64,000 nucleotides of DNA, from NCBI RefSeq assembly GCF_003334815.1, contig NZ_QOWO01000016.1; one strand, written 5' to 3'. This document shows positions 57,060 through 64,000 of this stretch, piece after piece. The DNA comes from Escherichia coli. GTDB lineage: Bacteria; Pseudomonadota; Gammaproteobacteria; Enterobacterales; Enterobacteriaceae. The notes under the pieces are model-generated. The model did not search any database, was not told the DNA's origin, and saw only the letters and a list, made by a program, of their open reading frames with translations. A program made the translations under genes and the position numbers. Within the stretch, counting starts at the first letter, position 1, and each line of letters begins with the position of its first letter.

Positions 57060-57221
57060 ATGTTTCGTTGGGGCATCATATTTCTGGTTATCGCGTTAAT
57101 CGCCGCCGCACTTGGGTTTGGTGGTCTGGCCGGTACCGCTGCAGGCGCAGCTAAAATTGTCTTTGTCGTCGGGATTATTCTGTTCCTGGTGAGTTTGTTC
57201 ATGGGCCGAAAACGACCCTAG
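57060..57221 (+). CDS. ytjA: Small membrane protein YtjA (DUF1328)
   Basis: 53 aa from [22 protein letters not shown]. Confidence 0.9.
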
Positions 57222-57342
57222 ATTTCAGACCATTAAGAAAATTTTATCCAAAGCCAGTCCAGCGGACTGGCTTTTGTGGTTTTAGCGAATAATAAATTGC
57301 GTTACTTTGTCATTCTTTCACAACAAAAACAGGAAGGCAGAG

Positions 57343-58416
57343 GTGGGGCAGCGAATACCTGTAACGCTTGGTAATATTGCGCCGTTGTCGCTAAGGCCGT
57401 TCCAGCCTGGACGAATAGCTCTGGTGTGCGAAGGCGGCGGACAGCGTGGAATTTTCACGGCTGGCGTGCTGGATGAGTTTATGCGCGCGCAGTTTAATCC
57501 TTTCGATCTTTATCTCGGCACATCTGCCGGGGCGCAGAACCTCTCGGCGTTTATCTGCAATCAGCCCGGTTACGCGCGCAAAGTCATCATGCGCTATACC
57601 ACAAAACGCGAATTTTTCGATCCATTGCGCTTTGTCCGTGGAGGAAATCTTATCGATCTCGACTGGCTGGTGGAGGCCACTGCAAGCCAGATGCCGTTGC
57701 AAATGGATACCGCCGCGCGGTTGTTTGACAGCGGCAAATCGTTTTATATGTGCGCCTGTCGTCAGGATGACTACGCGCCGAATTACTTTTTACCAACCAA
57801 ACAAAACTGGCTGGATGTGATTCGCGCCTCCAGTGCGATACCTGGCTTTTATCGTAGCGGAGTGTCGCTGGAAGGCATTAACTACCTGGATGGCGGGATC
57901 AGTGATGCGATTCCGGTTAAAGAGGCGGCAAGGCAGGGTGCTAAAACGTTGGTCGTCATTCGCACTGTGCCGTCACAAATGTACTACACGCCGCAGTGGT
58001 TCAAACGCATGGAACGCTGGCTGGGTGACAGTAGCCTGCAGCCGCTGGTCAATCTGGTGCAGCATCATGAAACCAGCTATCGTGACATTCAGCAATTTAT
58101 TGAGAAACCACCGGGCAAGCTGCGGATATTCGAAATTTATCCACCGAAGCCATTACATAGTATCGCGCTTGGCAGTCGGATTCCGGCGCTGCGTGAAGAC
58201 TATAAACTTGGGCGTTTATGCGGTCGTTATTTCCTCGCCACGGTTGGCAAGCTATTAACTGAAAAAGCGCCGCTTACCCGCCATCTGGTGCCAGTGGTGA
58301 CGCCGGAATCGATTGTCATTCCGCCTGCGCCAGTCGCCAACGATACGCTGGTTGCCGAAGTGATTGACGCTCCGCAGGCGAACGACCCGACATTTAACAA
58401 TGAGGATCTGGCTTGA
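57343..58416 (+). CDS. yjjU: Patatin-like phospholipase YjjU
   Basis: 357 aa with a GTG start, GGGQRG and GTSAG motifs. Confidence 0.9.
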   Translation: MGQRIPVTLGNIAPLSLRPFQPGRIALVCEGGGQRGIFTAGVLDEFMRAQFNPFDLYLGTSAGAQNLSAFICNQPGYARKVIMRYTTKREFFDPLRFVRGGNLIDLDWLVEATASQMPLQMDTAARLFDSGKSFYMCACRQDDYAPNYFLPTKQNWLDVIRASSAIPGFYRSGVSLEGINYLDGGISDAIPVKEAARQGAKTLVVIRTVPSQMYYTPQWFKRMERWLGDSSLQPLVNLVQHHETSYRDIQQFIEKPPGKLRIFEIYPPKPLHSIALGSRIPALREDYKLGRLCGRYFLATVGKLLTEKAPLTRHLVPVVTPESIVIPPAPVANDTLVAEVIDAPQANDPTFNNEDLA

Positions 58417-59195
58417 TTTGCCGTTTTATCGACACCCACTGCCATTTTGATTTCCCGCCGTTTAGTGGCGATGAAGAGGCCAGCCTGCAACGCGCGGCAC
58501 AAGCGGGCGTAGGCAAGATCATTGTTCCGGCGACAGAGGCGGAAAATTTTGCCCGTGTGCAGGCGTTAGCGGAAAAATATCAACCGCTGTATGCCGCATT
58601 GGGCTTGCATCCTGGTATGTTGGAAAAACATAGCGATGTGTCTCTTGATCAGCTACAGCAGGCGCTGGAAAGGCGTCCGGCGAAGGTGGTGGCGGTGGGG
58701 GAGATCGGTCTGGATCTCTTCGGCGACGATCCGCAATTTGAGAGGCAGCAGTGGTTACTCGACGAACAACTGAAACTGGCGAAACGCTACGATCTGCCGG
58801 TGATCCTGCATTCACGGCGCACACACGACAAATTGGCGATGCATCTTAAACGCCACGATTTATCGCGCACTGGCGTGGTTCACGGTTTTTCCGGCAGCCT
58901 GCAACAGGCCGAGCGGTTTGTACAGTTGGGCTACAAAATCGGCGTAGGCGGTACTATCACCTATCCACGCGCCAGTAAAACCCGCGATGTCATCGCAAAA
59001 TTACCGCTGGCATCGTTGTTGCTGGAAACCGACGCGCCGGATATGCCGCTCAACGGCTTTCAGGGGCAGCCTAACCGCCCGGAACAGGCTGCACGGGTGT
59101 TTGACGTGCTTTGCGAGTTGCGCCCGGAACCAGAAGATGAGATTGCCGAAGTGTTGCTTAATAATACGTATGCGGTGTTTAGCGTTCGTGGGTAG
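58413..59195 (+). CDS. yjjV: TatD-family metal-dependent hydrolase YjjV
   Basis: 260 aa with IDTHCHFDF. Confidence 0.9.
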   Translation: MICRFIDTHCHFDFPPFSGDEEASLQRAAQAGVGKIIVPATEAENFARVQALAEKYQPLYAALGLHPGMLEKHSDVSLDQLQQALERRPAKVVAVGEIGLDLFGDDPQFERQQWLLDEQLKLAKRYDLPVILHSRRTHDKLAMHLKRHDLSRTGVVHGFSGSLQQAERFVQLGYKIGVGGTITYPRASKTRDVIAKLPLASLLLETDAPDMPLNGFQGQPNRPEQAARVFDVLCELRPEPEDEIAEVLLNNTYAVFSVRG

Positions 59196-59608
59196 TTTAC
59201 CCTTCGTAGGCAGCATCCGGCAGTCGGCGCATAATGCCTGATGCGACGCTTGTCGCGTCTTATCATGCCTACAGGTTTGTGCCGAACCGTAGGCCGGATA
59301 AGGCGTTCACGCCGCATCCGGCAGTTGGCGCACAATGCCTGATGCGACGCTTGACGCGTCTTATCATGCCTACAAGTCTGTGCCGAACCGTAGGCCGGAT
59401 AAGGCGTTCAGGCCGCATCCGGCAGTTGGCGCACAATGCCTGATGCGACGCTGACGCGTCTTATCATGCCTACAAGTCTGTGCCGAACCGTAGGCCGGAT
59501 AAGGCGTTCACGCCGCATCCGGCAGTCGGCGCATAATGCCTGATGCGACGCTTGTCGCGTCTTATCATGCCTACAAGTCTGTGCCGAACCGTAGGCCGTA
59601 TCCGGCAT
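59196..59608. repeat. REP/BIME array (about 4-5 units)
   Basis: Repeated gcctgatgcgacgct..gcgtcttatcatgcctaca..gtgccgaaccgtaggccggataaggcgttcacgccgcatccggca units. Confidence 0.9.
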
Positions 59609-59609
59609 G

Positions 59610-60473
59610 TCACAAATAGAGCGCCGGAAATATCAACCGGCTCACCCCGCGCACCTTTAACGCATCAGCCAACGGCTCAACGTCTTCCGGCGTGGCGCTC
59701 GCCCAGCTTTGCGCCTCGCCATACACGCCGTGGGCATGAAACGCATTCAGGCGAACCGGAACATCGCCAAGTCTCTTGATAAACGTCGCCAGCTCATCGA
59801 TGTGATGCAAATAATCCACCTGGTCTGGAATTACCAGCAAACGCAGTTCCGCCAGCTTACCGCGCTCTGCCAGCAAACAGATGCTGCGCTTAATCTGCTG
59901 ATTATCGCGTCCGGTTAATTGCTGATGACATTCGCTCCCCCACGCTTTGAGATCGAGCATTGCGCCGTCGCACACCGGGAGTAATTTTTCCCAGCCGGTT
60001 TCGCTCAACATACCGTTACTGTCCACCAGGCAGGTGAGGTGGCGCAGTTGCGGATCGTTTTTGATAGCAGTAAACAGCGCCACTACAAACGGCAGTTGGG
60101 TCGTGGCTTCGCCGCCGCTTACCGTTATCCCTTCAATAAACAGCACCGCTTTGCGGACATGGCTAAGCACTTCGTCCACGCTCATGGATTGCGCCATTGG
60201 CGTGGCATGTTGCGGACACATCTTCAGGCAGGTATCACACTGCTCGCAGACCACAGCGTTCCACAGCACTTTGCCGTCAACAATCTGCAACGCCTGATGC
60301 GGACACTGTGGCACGCACTCTCCGCAATCATTGCAGCGTCCCATCGTCCACGGATTGTGACAGTTTTTGCAGCGCAGATTGCAGCCCTGCAAAAACAGAG
60401 CCAGACGACTGCCTGGCCCGTCAACGCAGGAGAAGGGGATAATCTTACTGACTAAAGCGCATCTGCTGTTCAT
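59610..60473 (-). CDS. yjjW: Glycyl-radical enzyme activase (radical SAM) YjjW
   Basis: 287 aa with Cys clusters CNLRCKNC and ferredoxin-like CxxCxxCxxxC. Confidence 0.9.
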   Translation of the reverse strand: MNSRCALVSKIIPFSCVDGPGSRLALFLQGCNLRCKNCHNPWTMGRCNDCGECVPQCPHQALQIVDGKVLWNAVVCEQCDTCLKMCPQHATPMAQSMSVDEVLSHVRKAVLFIEGITVSGGEATTQLPFVVALFTAIKNDPQLRHLTCLVDSNGMLSETGWEKLLPVCDGAMLDLKAWGSECHQQLTGRDNQQIKRSICLLAERGKLAELRLLVIPDQVDYLHHIDELATFIKRLGDVPVRLNAFHAHGVYGEAQSWASATPEDVEPLADALKVRGVSRLIFPALYL

Positions 60474-61995
60474 GGCTTATCACGCGCGGCTGGCGTTCCA
60501 GAATACGAGTGTTGCGTGCGGCTTCTTCGCCCAGCCAGGTGGTGTTGGTGCGTGAACCTTCGGCGCGATATTTTTCTAAGTCCGACAAACGTACCATATA
60601 ACCGGTAACGCGAACCAGATCGTTACCGCTGACATTGGCGGTAAATTCACGCATTCCGGCTTTAAAGGCACCGAGGCAAAGCTGTACCAGTGCCTGCGGG
60701 TTACGTTTGATGGTTTCGTCGAGCGTCAGAATGTCGCTGATGCCGGAATAATAATAAGCATGATGCGGGGCGACAGTTTGCAGATGGGTGATCGGATCTG
60801 GCTCATCGCCATACGGCAAACGCGCGCCCGGCGTGGTGCCAATATCGGAACTGATCCCCGACTGTGCGTGTAACATGGCGCGTTTTTGCCAGCCATATTT
60901 CACGGGGGTATTGGCGACAAACTCCGCCAGTTGCGCGCTGATGCGATAACCCACTTCATTTGCGGCGGCTTCTTTACCGTAGCGCGCGGCAATCCCTTCT
61001 TTCTCACACAGCAAGTTAACCGCTTCCGCCAGCCCATACATGCCAAACATTGGCACAAAACGTTCAGGGTTAATCAGCCCTTCTTTCACCAGGAAGCTAT
61101 TCTCAAAGAAGTGTGATTGTTGATAGAGGAATTCACACCGCGCATCGATGATGGCGATCTGCTGCTGGCAGTAGTGCGGTAGAGTGCGCGTAAAGAAGTC
61201 ATCCAGCGATTCGCTGCGCTCGGCAATGGCTTTCAGGTTAAGGCGTACCAGCGTGCTGCCACCACCCGCCAGCGGCAGTGAGTTGTAACAGCTCACAATC
61301 CCGTAGCCCCCTTTTGTGAAAATTTTATCATGCACCGGACCGTTGGCGATGTGCGGTTTGCTACATTCACAGATGTTCTTCGCCACTTCCAGCAGCAGGT
61401 CATCAGGGGTGATTTCAGGATCGTAGATAAAGGTCAGGTTCGGTGAAACCTGCTTCAACGCTGCGTCTGCACGTAAGATCGCGCGGGTAATGGGCGAATC
61501 AGACGGGCCGATATTGGCGTGCATAAAGGCGTCTGGCAGGGTTCTGTCGAGGTAACGCCAGAAACGTTTTATTCGAACATCGATCTCGTCTTGTGTTAGA
61601 ATTCTAACATACGGTTGCAACAACGCATCCAGTTGCCCCAGGTAGACCGGCATCGATGTGACCGACGGTACGTGGTGGTAAAGAATGGTCAGCAGAGAGA
61701 GTGCGTCATCAAGATCTTTCGCGCCTTCCAGCTCCAGCCATTCGGAACCGTTCGCCAGAAAACGGGCGTAATCGGGTAAGACATAGCGCGGTTTGTACGG
61801 CGCATGACCTTCAAACATATCGCAGATTACACCTTCATCCAGCGCGCGGCGGGCTTCGGCAGGCAGCTGTGGGTAAGGCAGATTGTTTTCTGCTTCCAGT
61901 GCCAGAAAATGGCGCTTCTGCTCCGGGCTAAGCACTGGGCTGGTGACAATTTGCTGGCAACGTTGTTGCAGTGCATTTTCATGAGAAGTGGACAT
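60445..61995 (-). CDS. yjjI: YjjI (DUF3029, glycine-radical-enzyme-like)
   Basis: 516 aa from [15 protein letters not shown]. The track ORF is 43 codons longer. Confidence 0.9.
   Translation of the reverse strand: MSTSHENALQQRCQQIVTSPVLSPEQKRHFLALEAENNLPYPQLPAEARRALDEGVICDMFEGHAPYKPRYVLPDYARFLANGSEWLELEGAKDLDDALSLLTILYHHVPSVTSMPVYLGQLDALLQPYVRILTQDEIDVRIKRFWRYLDRTLPDAFMHANIGPSDSPITRAILRADAALKQVSPNLTFIYDPEITPDDLLLEVAKNICECSKPHIANGPVHDKIFTKGGYGIVSCYNSLPLAGGGSTLVRLNLKAIAERSESLDDFFTRTLPHYCQQQIAIIDARCEFLYQQSHFFENSFLVKEGLINPERFVPMFGMYGLAEAVNLLCEKEGIAARYGKEAAANEVGYRISAQLAEFVANTPVKYGWQKRAMLHAQSGISSDIGTTPGARLPYGDEPDPITHLQTVAPHHAYYYSGISDILTLDETIKRNPQALVQLCLGAFKAGMREFTANVSGNDLVRVTGYMVRLSDLEKYRAEGSRTNTTWLGEEAARNTRILERQPRVISHEQQMRFSQ
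61594..61609. promoter_or_regulatory. DeoR operator (perfect palindrome) inside yjjI
   Basis: TGTTAGAATTCTAACA, 600 bp upstream of the second operator. This matches the known ~600-bp spacing of the deo O1/O2 operators. Confidence 0.8.
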
Positions 61996-62193
61996 CTTCT
62001 GTTCCTTTTTATGCCGAAGGTGATGCGCCATTGTAAGAAGTTTCGTGATGTTCACTTTGATCCTGATGCGTTTGCCACCACTGACGCATTCATTTGAAAG
62101 TGAATTATTTGAACCAGATCGCATTACAGTAATGCAATTTTGTAAGTAGATTTCCTTAATTGTGATGTATATCGAAGTGTGTTGCGGAGTCGA

Positions 62194-62209
62194 TGTTAGA
62201 ATACTAACA
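62194..62209. promoter_or_regulatory. DeoR operator at the deo P2 promoter
   Basis: TGTTAGAATACTAACA, about 45 bp upstream of the deoC ATG. The CRP/CytR-like tgtgatgtatatcgaagtgtg lies just upstream. Confidence 0.8.
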
Positions 62210-62253
62210 AACTCGCAAGGTGAATTTTATTGGCGACAAGCCAGGAGAATGAA

Positions 62254-63033
62254 ATGACTGATCTGAAAGCAAGCAGCCTGCGTGCACTGAAATTGATGGA
62301 CCTGACCACCCTGAATGACGACGATACCGACGAGAAAGTGATCGCCCTGTGTCATCAGGCCAAAACTCCGGTCGGTAATACCGCCGCTATCTGTATCTAT
62401 CCTCGCTTTATCCCGATTGCTCGCAAAACGCTGAAAGAGCAGGGCACCCCGGAAATCCGTATCGCTACGGTAACCAACTTCCCACACGGTAACGACGATA
62501 TCGAAATCGCGCTGGCCGAAACTCGCGCGGCAATCGCCTACGGTGCCGATGAAGTTGATGTGGTGTTCCCGTACCGTGCACTGATGGCGGGTAACGAGCA
62601 GGTTGGTTTTGATCTGGTGAAAGCCTGTAAAGAGGCTTGCGCAGCAGCGAACGTACTGCTGAAAGTGATTATTGAAACCGGCGAACTGAAAGACGAAGCG
62701 CTGATCCGTAAAGCGTCTGAAATATCCATCAAAGCGGGTGCTGATTTCATCAAAACCTCTACCGGTAAAGTAGCAGTGAACGCGACGCCGGAAAGCGCGC
62801 GCATCATGATGGAAGTGATCCGTGATATGGGCGTAGAGAAAACCGTTGGTTTCAAACCGGCGGGCGGCGTGCGTACTGCGGAAGATGCGCAGAAATATCT
62901 TGCCATCGCAGATGAACTGTTCGGTGCTGACTGGGCTGATGCGCGTCATTACCGCTTTGGTGCTTCCAGCCTGCTGGCAAGCCTGCTGAAAGCTCTGGGC
63001 CACGGCGACGGTAAGAGCGCCAGCAGCTACTAA
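62254..63033 (+). CDS. deoC: Deoxyribose-phosphate aldolase
   Basis: 259 aa from [29 protein letters not shown]. Confidence 0.97.
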
Positions 63034-63049
63034 GCTGCCTTTTGCCAGA

Positions 63050-63145
63050 GGGTGGATGCCGGATGCGGCGGAACGCCTTATCCGGCCTACGGGTCGAGTG
63101 CCGTGTAGGCCTTGTATGATGCGTCAGCATCGCATCAGGCAATAA
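63050..63145. repeat. REP element between deoC and deoA
   Basis: ggatgccggatgcggcg..cgccttatccggcctac. Confidence 0.8.
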
Positions 63146-63199
63146 CAACATCCGCCATCTGGCAACAACGCCTTCAAACTTATTCCACGGGAGGTTACC

Positions 63200-64000
63200 T
63201 TGTTTCTCGCACAAGAAATTATTCGTAAAAAACGTGATGGTCATGCGCTGAGCGATGAAGAAATTCGCTTCTTTATCAACGGCATTCGCGACAACACTAT
63301 CTCCGAAGGGCAGATTGCCGCCCTCGCGATGACCATTTTCTTCCACGATATGACAATGCCGGAGCGTGTCTCGCTGACGATGGCGATGCGAGATTCAGGA
63401 ACCGTTCTCGACTGGAAAAGCCTGCATCTGAATGGCCCGATTGTTGATAAACACTCGACCGGCGGCGTCGGCGATGTGACTTCGCTGATGTTGGGGCCAA
63501 TGGTCGCTGCCTGCGGCGGCTATATTCCGATGATCTCCGGTCGCGGCCTCGGCCATACTGGTGGTACGCTCGACAAACTGGAATCCATCCCTGGCTTCGA
63601 CATCTTCCCAGATGACAACCGTTTCCGCGAAATTATTAAAGACGTCGGCGTGGCGATTATTGGCCAGACCAGTTCACTGGCTCCGGCGGATAAACGTTTC
63701 TATGCGACCCGCGATATTACCGCAACCGTGGATTCCATCCCGCTGATCACTGCCTCGATCCTGGCGAAGAAACTGGCGGAAGGTCTGGATGCACTGGTGA
63801 TGGACGTGAAAGTCGGTAGCGGTGCATTTATGCCGACCTACGAACTCTCTGAAGCCCTTGCCGAAGCGATTGTTGGCGTGGCTAACGGCGCTGGCGTGCG
63901 CACCACCGCGCTACTCACCGACATGAATCAGGTGCTGGCCTCCAGTGCCGGTAACGCGGTTGAAGTACGTGAAGCGGTGCAGTTCCTGACAGGTGAGTAC
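63200..64000 (+). CDS. deoA: Thymidine phosphorylase (5' part; runs off the window)
   Basis: TTG start, then [30 protein letters not shown].... It is absent from the ORF track because of the non-ATG start and the lack of a stop in the window. Confidence 0.93.

Noticed and set aside
59196-59608. A regularly repeated ~100-bp pattern that could be mistaken for a CRISPR array or a mobile-element array.
   Set aside because: The units are classical REP/BIME palindromes (gccggataaggcgt..acgccgcatccggc). There are no unique spacers of constant length and no cas genes. The array sits in the known yjjV-yjjW intergenic position.
62227-63003. A 258-aa minus-strand ORF.
   Set aside because: It is antisense to deoC, a shadow ORF in a GC-rich, highly expressed gene.

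Overview
All calls come from reading the sequence and the ORF track, with gene and family names recalled from memory. No database search, fold prediction or alignment tool was run. The window is an Escherichia coli chromosome segment. It runs opgB-yjjA-dnaC-dnaT-yjjB-yjjP-yjjQ-bglJ-fhuF-yjjZ-tRNA-Leu-rsmC-holD-rimI-yjjG, then prophage, then prfC-osmY-ytjA-yjjU-yjjV-yjjW-yjjI-deoC-deoA. The window opens inside an IS5 copy that truncates lgoD (yjjN). Positions about 12.47-54.41 kb are a roughly 41.9 kb, intact-looking temperate prophage integrated into the 5' end of prfC. It orphans the native prfC promoter and first 22 codons, and supplies a diverged replacement 5' end at the other junction. 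The prophage is a mosaic. It has a P4-type integrase and a CPS-53-like early-left block (yfdP/Q/R/S-like). It has a lambdoid immunity, replication and Nin-like region (cI-S24, Cro, CII-like, iteron-bearing initiator, Dam, RusA, QuuQ-like Q). It has a lambda-like S/R/Rz/Rz1 lysis cassette, HNH plus P27-type terminase, an HK97-type head and a Mu-type contractile tail and baseplate. It also carries an e14/Mu-like invertible tail-fibre segment with a Pin/Gin-family invertase. Accessory cargo sits at four places. (i) An AIPR-family putative abortive-infection gene lies between int and xis. (ii) A Zn-ribbon moron lies between Q/tR' and the holin. (iii) Two small morons lie between Rz and HNH. (iv) Most interesting is a very AT-rich island at 50.5-53.9 kb between the invertase and a LexA-controlled dinI-like gene. 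This island is bracketed by ~100-bp direct repeats and split by a dinI remnant. It carries an uncharacterised two-gene module (a 2-TM 84-aa protein plus a 311-aa protein that share a GDNSN motif), an XRE/ImmA pair and an unannotated 49-aa ORF. The two-gene module is my best candidate for an undescribed phage-defence or exclusion system. A 430-bp GC-rich, hairpin-dense non-coding block in the early-left operon (19.2-19.65 kb) is a second unexplained element.
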